Notes: generated by a model not told the origin, from the letters alone. A stretch of 35,850 nt of DNA from Thermoflexales bacterium (GCA_017882055.1 JADGQE010000002.1:1-35850); one strand, 5' to 3'; shown: positions 18,209 to 26,829, numbered from the stretch's first letter. Made by a program: numbers and translations.

Positions 18209-19180
18209 TCACCACGCATAGGCTTCGGGTGCTTCACCGCCGGGACCGGGGAAGATGGCATCGAGTTGCTTCAATTCGTCGCGGCTGAATTTGATCTTTA
18301 AGGCACGCAGACTGCCATTGAGTTGCTCCAGCGTGCGCGGGCCGATGATGGGCGCAGTCACGACGGGATTGCGCAACAACCAGGCCAGCGCTACATCGGC
18401 CGGCTTCTCACTCCACTTGCGGCACAACGCTTCATAGGCCTTCAACCTGGGCAGGTGCAGCTCGATTTTTTTCTGCATATCCTTGTCTGCGCGGCGGCCC
18501 GCGCTGATCTTTTGCAGCACGCCGCCGAGCAGACCACCCGCCAGTGGACTCCACGGAATCAGGCCCAGGCCATAGGCCCGACAGGCTGGAACGACCTCCA
18601 ATTCAATCGTGCGATCTTTTAGATTGTAGAGGCTTTGCTCGGAGACCAGGCCGAGGAAGCAGCGCGCCCTGGCTGTTTCTTGTGCTTGCGCCAGATGCCA
18701 GCCGGCGAAGTTGCTGCTGCCCACGTACAGCACTTTGCCTTGCTGGACCAGCACTTCCATGGCCTGCCAGACTTCGTCCCATGGCGTCTCGCGATCGATG
18801 TGGTGCATCTGATACAGATCGATGTGATCAGTCTTGAGGCGGCGCAGGCTTTCTTCACAAGCATGACGAATGTGATAAGCCGACAGTCGATGCTCGTTAG
18901 GCCCTTCGCCCATCCGGCCAAAGACTTTGGTGGCCAGCACGATCTTCTCGCGCCGGCCGCCGCCCAGTTGAAGCCAGCGGCCGACGATTTGCTCTGTGAC
19001 GCCTTCACCCATTTTCCAGCCGTAGACGTTGGCCGTATCGAAAAAATTGATGCCGAGTTCCAGTGCGCGATCCATGATCGCGTATGAATCTTCTTCGCTG
19101 GTGAGCGGGCCGAAGTTCATCGTGCCGAGGCATAAGCGGCTGACTTTCAGGCCGGTGCGACCGAGTGAAATGTGTTCCAT
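18209..19180 (-). CDS. aldo/keto reductase
   Basis: LGRTGLKVSRLCLGTMNFG, FFDTANVYG, DLYQMHH, YVGSSNF, SEQSLYNL: the typical AKR signature set. AAGGAG SD upstream of ATG 19180. Confidence 0.9.
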   Translation of the reverse strand: MEHISLGRTGLKVSRLCLGTMNFGPLTSEEDSYAIMDRALELGINFFDTANVYGWKMGEGVTEQIVGRWLQLGGGRREKIVLATKVFGRMGEGPNEHRLSAYHIRHACEESLRRLKTDHIDLYQMHHIDRETPWDEVWQAMEVLVQQGKVLYVGSSNFAGWHLAQAQETARARCFLGLVSEQSLYNLKDRTIELEVVPACRAYGLGLIPWSPLAGGLLGGVLQKISAGRRADKDMQKKIELHLPRLKAYEALCRKWSEKPADVALAWLLRNPVVTAPIIGPRTLEQLNGSLRALKIKFSRDELKQLDAIFPGPGGEAPEAYAW

Positions 19181-19359
19181 GATATTGCTCTGCTCCTTGA
19201 GTTGATGTGGGTGGATGTTAAACGAAGAGTGATGCCCTAATTGTATGATCAGGCGCGGTATTTGGCAACCCCCTGATTGATCAGAGAGGCTCGCTCTGCC
19301 GGTTAATCGACTTCGTCCGGCCGCCGGGCAGCCTGCTCAATGCATTTCAACCGCGTCGG

Positions 19360-19368
19360 TGATACAAT
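19360..19368 (+). promoter_or_regulatory. extended -10 promoter element upstream of the peroxiredoxin-like gene
   Basis: TGaTACAAT (TG 19360..19361, TACAAT 19363..19368). No good -35. Confidence 0.35.
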
Positions 19369-19449
19369 AGCGGCACTTGCAGGTCGATAAGCGTCAGGCA
19401 GGTCTCATTCGCTGGTCGGAAATAACCCAGAAAGGAAATCACATTCTTG

Positions 19450-19929
19450 ATGAGCCAATCGCCGGAAATAACGATCGGATCGCCCGCGCCGATTTTTCGT
19501 TTGCCGGCAAACACCGGCGGCGAAATCGGATGGGCCGACTACGCCGGAAAATCGTGCGTGGTGTTGTTCTTCGTGCGCGAGTTCAACTGAATGCAGTGTC
19601 GCGTGCATGCCGGCCAGTTGGGCCGGCTCTACCCTGAATTCAAAGCGTCCAGCGCCGAAGTAGTGGTGATCTTAGGCGATACGCCGGAGCGCGCTCGCAA
19701 ATATGCGGAGTCGCTTAAATTGCCATTCCCGGTGCTGGCGGATGTCGATCGGGATGTGTATCACCAATTCGGTTTGGAGAAAACCCTGTTCGTTATTCAG
19801 CGCACGGCTTCGGTGATTATCGATCAGGGTGGCGTGATTCGTTACCTCAAGCAGGCGACGAATCCAAATACCTGGCTGGCGGAAAGCCGCGAATTGTTAC
19901 AGGCTGCTAAGGATCTTGCCAGGAAGTAG
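19450..19929 (+). CDS. peroxiredoxin-like (AhpC/TSA, PRX_like2-type) thiol oxidoreductase with in-frame TGA 19588..19590: candidate UxxC selenoprotein, or a nonsense pseudogene
   Basis: ATG 19450 opens 46 sense codons (MSQSPEITIGSPAPIFRLPANTGGEIGWADYAGKSCVVLFFVREFN). TGA follows, then the same frame continues as track ORF 19591..19929 (MQCRVHAGQL...). Together they make one about 159-aa thioredoxin-fold protein, with TGA at the first position of the x-M-Q-C redox motif. Confidence 0.6.
19609..19627 (+). promoter_or_regulatory. candidate bacterial SECIS hairpin
   Basis: GCCGGCC-AGTTG-GGCCGGC (7-bp GC stem). The stem starts 18 nt after the UGA and the apical loop 25 nt after it, with G at loop position 2. 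Confidence 0.45.
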
Positions 19930-19973
19930 CGTGAAGCACGGTACAAAATCATTGTGAAACTCGAAAGGAAATC

Positions 19974-22421
19974 ATGGCTCCGGATATTGAAACTCTCATC
20001 GCTCAAATGACGTTGGAAGAAAAAGTGTCGCTGCTGGCGGGCGCGGATTTGTGGCACACCGTGCCGATCAAACGCCTGGGCATTCCGGTCCTTAAAGTGA
20101 CGGATGGCCCCAATGGTGCGCGCGGTGCGGAAGGATACCTGGGAGCAGCCTCAGTCTGTTTCCCGGCGGGTATTGCATTGGCCTCAACCTGGAACACGGC
20201 GCTGGTCGAACGGATCGGTCAGGCGTTGGCGGATGAGACGAAGGCCAAGGGTGCGCACATGCTGCTGGCGCCCACGATCAATATTCATCGTTCGCCGTTG
20301 AGCGGTCGCAACTTTGAATTCTACTCGGAAGATCCGTACCTGGCAGGCCGCATGGCGATTGCCTATATCTCGGGCCTGCAAAGTCGCGGCGTCGGCGCGT
20401 GCCTCAAGCATTTTGTATGCAATGATTCTGAATTCGAGCGCCTCACGATCAGTTCGGTGGTTGCCGAGCGGCCCTTGCGCGAGATTTATCTGAAGCCATT
20501 CCAGATGGCAGTGCGCGAGGCCGGGCCGTGGTCGATCATGTCGTCGTACAACAAAATCAACGGCGTCTCTGCCAGTGAAAATGCCTATTTGCTCAAGGAC
20601 ATTCTCAAGGGCGAGTGGGGGTTCGAGGGTTTTGTGATGTCCGATTGGACGGGCACTTACAGTCCCAATGTCGTCGGCAATGGCCTTGATCTGGAGATGC
20701 CCGGCCCCGCTCACTGGATGGGCGAACATGCTCTTAAGGCTGTCAAATCGGGCGTAGTGAGCGAAGCGCAGATCGATGATAGCGTGCGTCGTTTGCTCAA
20801 GGTGCTGGTGAAAGTCGGCGCGTTTGATCAGCCTGAACTACAGCCGGAGCAGGCGATCGATCGGCCGGAACATCGCCAGTTGGTGCGCGAGGCCGCTGCT
20901 GAAGCGATTGTGTTGCTGAAGAATTCGAATAACGCTTTACCTTTGGACGCTGCCAGGATCAAGTCGATGGCCGTTATCGGCGTGAATGCCGAGCAGCCAT
21001 CCATCATCGGCGGCGGCAGTGCTGCCGTGACGCCGCATTACGTGATCAAGCCGATCGATGCCATACGGCAGAAGGCAGGTGATTCAATCGCCGTCGAGTA
21101 CGCGCCGGGCCGCCTGCTGCATCGGATGCTGCCGGTGCTCGATAAGGATTGGGTCTCAGACGAGGCTGGGCGGCACGGAATCAAAGTTGAATTATTCGGC
21201 GACGCGGCCCTGGGTGGAAAGCCGCTGGATACCGTATTCCTCGACCGGCTGTGGGTGGAGTTTACCGATCGGCTATTAAGCAAAGCCAACCGTTTTCGCT
21301 TCTCGGCGCGTTTGACTGCTAACTTTACCCCTACCGCCACGGGGCGCTATACGTTCGGGCTGGAAGGCTCCGGTACGTATCGTTTGTTCATCGACGACGT
21401 GAGGTTAATTGATGAGTGGGCCGATCGACCGGCATCTACCACGCCGTGGACTCAACCGGAAGCAACGGCCGAGATCGATCTGATCGCCGGTCGGACTTAT
21501 CGATTCAAGGTTGAATATGCTCTGGAGAATACGAATCCCTGGCGGCGGTTGCGTCTCGGCTGTCTGCCGCCGATCTCGCCGACGTTGCTGCAGGCTGCGA
21601 TCGATCTGGCCGCTCGATCGGACGTGGCCATCGTGTTTGCGGGCACCACGCATGAATGGGAGAGTGAAGGTTACGATCGACCCGATATGAATCTACCGTG
21701 CGCACAAAACGAGTTGATCGAAAAAGTTGCGGCGGTGAATGCCAGTACGATCGTGGTGCTGAACACGGGTTCGCCTGTTGCGATGCCGTGGCTCTCGAAA
21801 GTGGCGGCTGTGATTGAGGGCTGGTTTGCAGGACAGGAGGCGGGTAACGCCGTCGCCGATGTGTTGTTCGGCGATGTGAATCCGTCCGGCAAATTGACGC
21901 AGACCTTTCCGGCACGGCTGCAAGACAATCCGGCCTACATTAACTACCCGGGCGAGAACGGCGAAGTGGTCTACGGTGAGGGCTTGTTTGTGGGCTACCG
22001 CTACTACGACAAGAAAGACATCGCGCCGCTGTTTCCTTTCGGCTACGGTTTGTCATACACGACCTTTGCGTATCGCAATCTCGTCGTCGACGCAGGCGAA
22101 GGCAAGTTAGGTGATGCGATCACGGTCAGTGTGGATGTGGAGAATACCGGCTCGCGTGCCGGCCAGGAAGTCGTGCAACTGTACGTACACGATGTTCAGT
22201 CGAGCCTGGTGCGGCCCGATAAAGAACTGAAGGCTTTCGCCAAAGTTGATCTTAAGCCGGGCGAGACCAGGACCGTGACACTGACCTTGGACGTCGAGGC
22301 GCTGTCCTTTTACGATCCCGTTCGCACGAGCTGGATTGCGGAACCCGGTGAGTTTGAAATACTCGTCGGCAGCTCGTCGCGCGACATTCGCTTGCGCGAT
22401 CGCGTTACGCTCAAAGCCTGA
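19974..22421 (+). CDS. glycoside hydrolase family 3 beta-glucosidase with PA14 insert
   Basis: GH3 N-domain (LTLEEKVSLLAG, KHFVCNDSE, nucleophile region GFVMSDW). PA14-like insert (GIKVELFGD..GRYTFGLEGSGTYRLFIDD). C-terminal FnIII-like domain (VSVDVENTGSRAGQEVVQLYV). Confidence 0.9.
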   Translation: MAPDIETLIAQMTLEEKVSLLAGADLWHTVPIKRLGIPVLKVTDGPNGARGAEGYLGAASVCFPAGIALASTWNTALVERIGQALADETKAKGAHMLLAPTINIHRSPLSGRNFEFYSEDPYLAGRMAIAYISGLQSRGVGACLKHFVCNDSEFERLTISSVVAERPLREIYLKPFQMAVREAGPWSIMSSYNKINGVSASENAYLLKDILKGEWGFEGFVMSDWTGTYSPNVVGNGLDLEMPGPAHWMGEHALKAVKSGVVSEAQIDDSVRRLLKVLVKVGAFDQPELQPEQAIDRPEHRQLVREAAAEAIVLLKNSNNALPLDAARIKSMAVIGVNAEQPSIIGGGSAAVTPHYVIKPIDAIRQKAGDSIAVEYAPGRLLHRMLPVLDKDWVSDEAGRHGIKVELFGDAALGGKPLDTVFLDRLWVEFTDRLLSKANRFRFSARLTANFTPTATGRYTFGLEGSGTYRLFIDDVRLIDEWADRPASTTPWTQPEATAEIDLIAGRTYRFKVEYALENTNPWRRLRLGCLPPISPTLLQAAIDLAARSDVAIVFAGTTHEWESEGYDRPDMNLPCAQNELIEKVAAVNASTIVVLNTGSPVAMPWLSKVAAVIEGWFAGQEAGNAVADVLFGDVNPSGKLTQTFPARLQDNPAYINYPGENGEVVYGEGLFVGYRYYDKKDIAPLFPFGYGLSYTTFAYRNLVVDAGEGKLGDAITVSVDVENTGSRAGQEVVQLYVHDVQSSLVRPDKELKAFAKVDLKPGETRTVTLTLDVEALSFYDPVRTSWIAEPGEFEILVGSSSRDIRLRDRVTLKA

Positions 22422-22433
22422 TCGATTGAGCAT

Positions 22434-22463
22434 GTCACACCCGTGCAGGTCGAAGATGTCCAG
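22434..22463. repeat. degenerate copy of the GTCACACCCG... hairpin repeat
   Basis: TGTCACACCCGTGCAGGTCGAAGATGTCCAG matches 23327..23353 (GTCACACCCGCGCAGGCGGGTGTCCAG) at both ends. The central stem has decayed. Confidence 0.4.
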
Positions 22464-22467
22464 TTTC

Positions 22468-22572
22468 TGTCACTCCGGATTCCGCCCTTGCAGAGCAACG
22501 CCTGGCGGGCCACCCACACTCCAGTGGAGCGTGGGGTATGGCCGGGACGCCTGCGCGGCGCGAAGCGTGACG
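22468..22572. repeat. degenerate relative of the MITE-like family
   Basis: Starts TGTCACTCCGG (compare TIR TGTCATTCCGA). It contains ACGCCTGGCGGGCCACC, 16/17 identical to ACGCCTGGCGGCCCACC in copies A and B. The right end is poorly conserved. Confidence 0.3.
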
Positions 22573-22619
22573 GATCCCGTAGAACTTTCCAGAGCGTACT
22601 TAGATCAACGCTATGCGTT

Positions 22620-23279
22620 CTATGTGTCCTCGTTGTCTTTCACGGAGATGCCCAGCAATCCGGCCACTTGAACGGCCTGCACTCGATCGATGATGGCTCC
22701 CTGCAATTCCTTCGCCGTGACGCGCAGCCCATCGATGATCGACCCGCGCAAATCTGCCTCTTGAAGTTTCGCGCCAAGTAAATTGGCGTTGGTCAGATCG
22801 CACTGCTGAAAGATCACACCGCTCAAGTCGGCCTGCTCGAAGGAGACGCCGCGCAAATTGCATTTCTCAAAGCGCACGGCTTTGAAGGCGGTCGAGACAA
22901 ACACGGCGTTCTCCAGCGTGGAGTCTTTGATGAGGACATCTTCCAAATTGCCTTCAACGATCTGAAGCCCCAGCAAGCGGCAATTGATCAGTTCGCTGCG
23001 GCGCAAGCGGGTCTGTTCCCAATCGGCGCCGGACAAATCCGAAGTCTCGAAGCGCACATCGCTCAAGCGCGCGCGGGGCAGACGCGTGCGGGTGAAGTTC
23101 GCTCGCCGGAAGTGAATTTGCTCGAAAACCACGCTGGCGGCCGATTGCTGCATCAAATTGCAATCGGCAAGTGAGAGCGTTGTATACTCGGCGTGATCCT
23201 CGATTGCTGCCAGTGAAAACGCTGGCAGCGATTTGGGCAAGCGGGGCGATTGTAGGCCGTGACGAATCGATGTTTTCAT
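22620..23279 (-). CDS. pentapeptide-repeat protein (Qnr/MfpA-like size)
   Basis: Runs of A(D/N)LXX pentads (ANFTRTRLPRARLSDVRFETSDLSGADW..CNLRGVSFEQADLSGVIFQQCDLTNANLLGAKLQEADLRGS), 219 aa. The C-terminal ..QAVQVAGLLGISV resembles the Qnr tail. Confidence 0.85.
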   Translation of the reverse strand: MKTSIRHGLQSPRLPKSLPAFSLAAIEDHAEYTTLSLADCNLMQQSAASVVFEQIHFRRANFTRTRLPRARLSDVRFETSDLSGADWEQTRLRRSELINCRLLGLQIVEGNLEDVLIKDSTLENAVFVSTAFKAVRFEKCNLRGVSFEQADLSGVIFQQCDLTNANLLGAKLQEADLRGSIIDGLRVTAKELQGAIIDRVQAVQVAGLLGISVKDNEDT

Positions 23280-23326
23280 AGTGCTGACCTTTGAGGGTTA
23301 ATCATCACGGGTGAGGAAGTGAATGG

Positions 23327-23353
23327 GTCACACCCGCGCAGGCGGGTGTCCAG
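23327..23353. repeat. REP-like hairpin repeat
   Basis: GTC-ACACCCGC-gcag-GCGGGTGT-CCAG (8-bp stem, 23330..23349), 48 nt upstream of the pentapeptide gene start. Confidence 0.5.
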
Positions 23354-23518
23354 GCTGCCCGCGGGCTGAGTGTAACATGAGGACGATGAAATGCCAATGC
23401 GAGTGGGCGGCAATTGTTGTCGGGCCAGTAGCAGACCGGGCTCCTATGCCCGGTTGAACGGCGGCGTGGGAGCCGCCTCCGCTGACCTGTTTTGCGCGCA
23501 CACCAAGGTGCTGTTTGT

Positions 23519-23546
23519 TTGACAGTACGAGTGACCCCGGTATAAT
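23519..23546 (+). promoter_or_regulatory. consensus sigma70 promoter of the epimerase gene
   Basis: TTGACA (23519..23524), 16-nt spacer, TATAAT (23541..23546). GGAGG lies at 23563..23567 before ATG 23574. Confidence 0.75.
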
Positions 23547-23573
23547 ACGAAGACTTTAGCGTGGAGGCAAGTC

Positions 23574-24542
23574 ATGAAGAAAGCGTTAGTCTGTGGTGCA
23601 GGCGGTTTTATCGCGGGCCACCTGGCGAAAAAACTCAAGCAAGCAGGCTATTGGGTACGCGGCGTGGACATCAAGCCGCACGAGTGGTCGCCGAGTGCAG
23701 CCGACGAGTTCCTGTTGCTCGATCTGCGGAAGGAAGAGAATTGCAAAACGGCGTTGACGATCGACGGCGGCACATTCGATGAGGTCTATCAGTTGGCGGC
23801 CGATATGGGCGGCATGGGCTTCATTCATTCCGCCGAAACCGAGATCATGCACAACAGCGTTTTGATCAACATCTATATGACGGACTGGGCCGCCCGGTTG
23901 GGCGTGCCGCGTTACTTCTTTTCATCGTCGGTGTGTGTTTATCGTGACATGCAACCCGGCGAGCCTGAGATGACGGAAGCGGAAGCGATTCCGGCCCATC
24001 CCGACAACGAGTATGGCTGGGAGAAACTTTACTCTGAGCGTGTCGCGATGGCCTATGAGCGCCGCTATGACATGCAAGTTCGCATCGCGCGTTTTCAAAA
24101 CTGCTATGGCCCCGAGGGCACCTGGACGGGCGGTCGCGAGAAAGCGCCGGCCGCGATGTGCCGCAAGATTGCCGAAGCAGACGATGGCGGCACGATCGAG
24201 GTGTGGGGCGATGGGTCGGCGATTCGATCTTACACCTATGTCAGTGATATGGTGGATGGAATCTATCTGTTGATGCATTCGGACTTGCACGGCGCGGCAA
24301 ACATCGGCTGCCCGCAGTATGTCACAGTGGACGAATTGGCGAATACCGTTGCGCAGGTCTCAGGCAAGAAGATCGCCATCAAGCATGTACCCGGTCCAGT
24401 GGGCGTGCAATCACGGAATTTCAGCAACGAGCGAATCTACTCGCTCGGTTGGAAAGCCAGGGTCTTTATCGAAGATGGCATCCGGCAGACTTATCCCTGG
24501 ATCGAAGCGCAGGTTAAGGCGTTACAGGCCGCCAGGCATTAG
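23574..24542 (+). CDS. GDP-mannose 3,5-epimerase-like NAD-dependent epimerase (extended SDR)
   Basis: GAGGFIAGH Rossmann motif. LAADMGGMGFI, YGWEKL (YxxxK), RFQNCYGPEGTWTGGREKAPAAMCRK and HVPGPVGVQSRN closely parallel plant and bacterial GME sequences as I recall them. Confidence 0.85.
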   Translation: MKKALVCGAGGFIAGHLAKKLKQAGYWVRGVDIKPHEWSPSAADEFLLLDLRKEENCKTALTIDGGTFDEVYQLAADMGGMGFIHSAETEIMHNSVLINIYMTDWAARLGVPRYFFSSSVCVYRDMQPGEPEMTEAEAIPAHPDNEYGWEKLYSERVAMAYERRYDMQVRIARFQNCYGPEGTWTGGREKAPAAMCRKIAEADDGGTIEVWGDGSAIRSYTYVSDMVDGIYLLMHSDLHGAANIGCPQYVTVDELANTVAQVSGKKIAIKHVPGPVGVQSRNFSNERIYSLGWKARVFIEDGIRQTYPWIEAQVKALQAARH

Positions 24543-24587
24543 ATACGAGACACCGCGTTTGTTTTGAATAACCCATGTAAGAATTCG

Positions 24588-24619
24588 GGAGGCCGGCTTG
24601 AAATAACAAGTCGGCCTCC
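24588..24619 (+). terminator. hairpin terminator candidate after the epimerase gene
   Basis: GGAGGCCGGCTT-gaaataac-AAGTCGGCCTCC (12-bp stem with one G-U pair), 46 nt after the stop. No U-tract. Confidence 0.55.
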
Positions 24620-24911
24620 TGCCCAGCACAAGGCAAAACGGATAACGGCGGAAGATCATTTCCGCAGCCATCCGCTTCGATTCGACCTGCCCTGCCTGCT
24701 GGCTCGCCCTGCGTGCTGTGTGCAGGGGTGCAGGGTTGTCCGCTTCGCGCAGCGGTCCGCTGACAGCCCTTTGCTGGCGATGGACAACAAGACGCACGCG
24801 GGCTATTCGCTGACGGGAGCACTCCCCCAAAAGATGGGGACTTCGTGCAGCGTATATGTGCCGGGCGCTTTTTCCGGCACGCGGCATCGTCCCTGTGTAT
24901 AATCGCCAGTC

Positions 24912-26753
24912 TCACCGGATGGACAGGTCCTCCGGTGTCAAAGTAAACTTCATCGCGGGCCTGGTCTCTATCGCATCCAGCGACTGATGCCGGAAGTAAG
25001 TGTTGTATAACTCCGCATAGTGTCCACCTTGTTTGATCAAATCAGCGTGATTGCCTTCTTCGATGATTTGGCCTGTGCGCATCACGATGATGCGGTCGCA
25101 CGTTTTCACGGTCGACAGGCGATGCGCGATCAGGATCGAGGTCGCATCGGCCAGGATCAAATCGAGCGCCTCTTTGATCTGGCTCTCGGTAAAGGGATCG
25201 ATGCTGGCGGTGGCTTCATCGAGAATGAAAATGGCGGGTCGCTGCGCCAGCACGCGCGTCAGTGCGACGAGTTGCCGCTGCCCCATCGAGAGCCGCCCGC
25301 CGCGTACGCCCACATCGCTGTGCAATCCATCGGGCAGCGTATCGAGCCATTCGCCGCCGCCGATACGATGCGCAACGACTTCGAGATCAGCATCGCTGAG
25401 ATCGGGTCGCGCATAGCGGATGTTGTCGGCGATGGTGCCTGCAAATAGAAACGGCGTCTGCGACACGACGCCCAATTGACTGCGGTAGCTGGCCAGATTA
25501 AACGAGCGAATATCCTGCCCGTCGATCAGGATCGAACCCGATTGGAATTCGTAGAAGCGAGCGATCAACTTGGCGATGCTGCTCTTGCCTGCGCCGGTAT
25601 GCCCGACCAGCGCCACATTCTCGCCGGCCTGAATATGCAAAGAAAAATCGCGCAGCACCGCTTCTTGCTCGGAATAGCGGAAGTTCACCCGGGCGAATTC
25701 GATTTCACCATGCAGTGTCGGGGCAGGGCGGTCATCGGTCTGGCGAACCACCGGTTCGGCATCGATCAGCGCAAAGACGCGCTCGGCCGCAGACAGACCC
25801 GATTGGAATTGGCTCCAGAATGAGGCGATGTTGATCATGGGTTGCCAGAAGCGATCGACGCTGGCAACGAACAGATACCAGGCGCCGATGGAGATGGTGC
25901 CCGCGGCCGCCGACTGGCCGCCGAAATAGACTAGGGTCGCGGTGCCCACGCCCGTCAATGCATTCAAGATGGGGAACACGTTGGCCAGCACAAAGCCGCG
26001 CCGCAAGTTCACGCGATAGGATAGTTTATTGATGCCGACAAAGTGATCGTACAGCGCCGCCTCCTGCCGGAAATTCTTGGCGATCTGAATGCCCGTCACC
26101 GCTTCCTGGACGGCGGCGTTGACTTCACCCATGGCGCGGAAGCCCTGCCGCGTCACCCGCCGGGCGATGGCGCGGAAACTCGTCGCCACCAGATACACCA
26201 CCGGCGTCATCGCCAGCATCGTCAGCGTTAGCTGCCATTCGATGGTAAACAAAATGGGCAGCAGGATGAGTACCGTAATCACCTGGCTGATCAAATCAGT
26301 CACCAGCGTCACCATCTGCGCGAATTCCTGCGTATCCGAGGTGATGCGGCTGACGATCTTGCCGGTCTGGAATTCATCATAGAACGACAGGTCATGATTG
26401 ACCGAAGCGTTGAAGGCATTGCTGCGCAACGCCAGCACGACGTCGCCAGTTACGATAGCCGTCATCCGTCGCCGCGCCCAGTTCGCGGCCCAGTTCAAGA
26501 CCCCTACCAGTAATACGACCAGCACCAGTCCGGCGAAATACAGATCCGATTGCGTTTGCACCAACGACTGCACGCCGTTTGAAATCAGCAGCGGTATCGC
26601 CGCGCCGAAGGCCGCCATCGACAGCGTCATGATGGCGATCAAAATGATGCGTGAACGATAGCCTCGAAAATATCTAAGGATGCGGCCAATCAGAACCCGA
26701 TCGGAATAGCTCCGGTCATAGGCCTCCGCATTCAAATTGCCAAACATGCCCAT
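24912..26753 (-). CDS. ABC exporter permease/ATPase half-transporter (carries the consensus-site Walker B Glu and a deviant signature motif)
   Basis: Six-TM domain plus NBD: Walker A GHTGAGKSS, signature LSMGQRQ (non-canonical), Walker B IFILDEATASID, H-loop IAHRLS. Confidence 0.9.
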   Translation of the reverse strand: MGMFGNLNAEAYDRSYSDRVLIGRILRYFRGYRSRIILIAIMTLSMAAFGAAIPLLISNGVQSLVQTQSDLYFAGLVLVVLLVGVLNWAANWARRRMTAIVTGDVVLALRSNAFNASVNHDLSFYDEFQTGKIVSRITSDTQEFAQMVTLVTDLISQVITVLILLPILFTIEWQLTLTMLAMTPVVYLVATSFRAIARRVTRQGFRAMGEVNAAVQEAVTGIQIAKNFRQEAALYDHFVGINKLSYRVNLRRGFVLANVFPILNALTGVGTATLVYFGGQSAAAGTISIGAWYLFVASVDRFWQPMINIASFWSQFQSGLSAAERVFALIDAEPVVRQTDDRPAPTLHGEIEFARVNFRYSEQEAVLRDFSLHIQAGENVALVGHTGAGKSSIAKLIARFYEFQSGSILIDGQDIRSFNLASYRSQLGVVSQTPFLFAGTIADNIRYARPDLSDADLEVVAHRIGGGEWLDTLPDGLHSDVGVRGGRLSMGQRQLVALTRVLAQRPAIFILDEATASIDPFTESQIKEALDLILADATSILIAHRLSTVKTCDRIIVMRTGQIIEEGNHADLIKQGGHYAELYNTYFRHQSLDAIETRPAMKFTLTPEDLSIR

Positions 26754-26829
26754 GAGTATCCAGTAATTAGTGGTTAGTAATGAGTAAGAAGTCGATCAGT
26801 TACGAATTACTATTCACTAATCATTCCTT

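Noticed and set aside
19377-19637. 86-aa + strand ORF overlapping the 5' part of the peroxiredoxin-like gene
   Set aside because: It lies in a different frame from the AhpC/TSA-like N-terminus, which has the convincing motifs. It has no SD and an Arg-rich translation.
23437-23478. Two adjacent GC hairpins (CCGGGC-n6-GCCCGG and GGCGGC-n6-GCCGCC) upstream of the epimerase promoter
   Set aside because: They lie upstream of the -35, so they are not a leader or riboswitch. No gene ends nearby on the + strand. They are too short for me to assign a function.
24660-24700. tRNA-like T-loop string (CTTCGATTCGA)
   Set aside because: The flanking bases cannot form a T-stem, and no acceptor or anticodon arms can be drawn on either strand.
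24564-24902. ORFs of 112-133 aa on both strands in the epimerase/ABC intergenic region
   Set aside because: They overlap one another, have Cys/Arg/Pro-rich translations, no SD and no motifs. I treat the region as non-coding.
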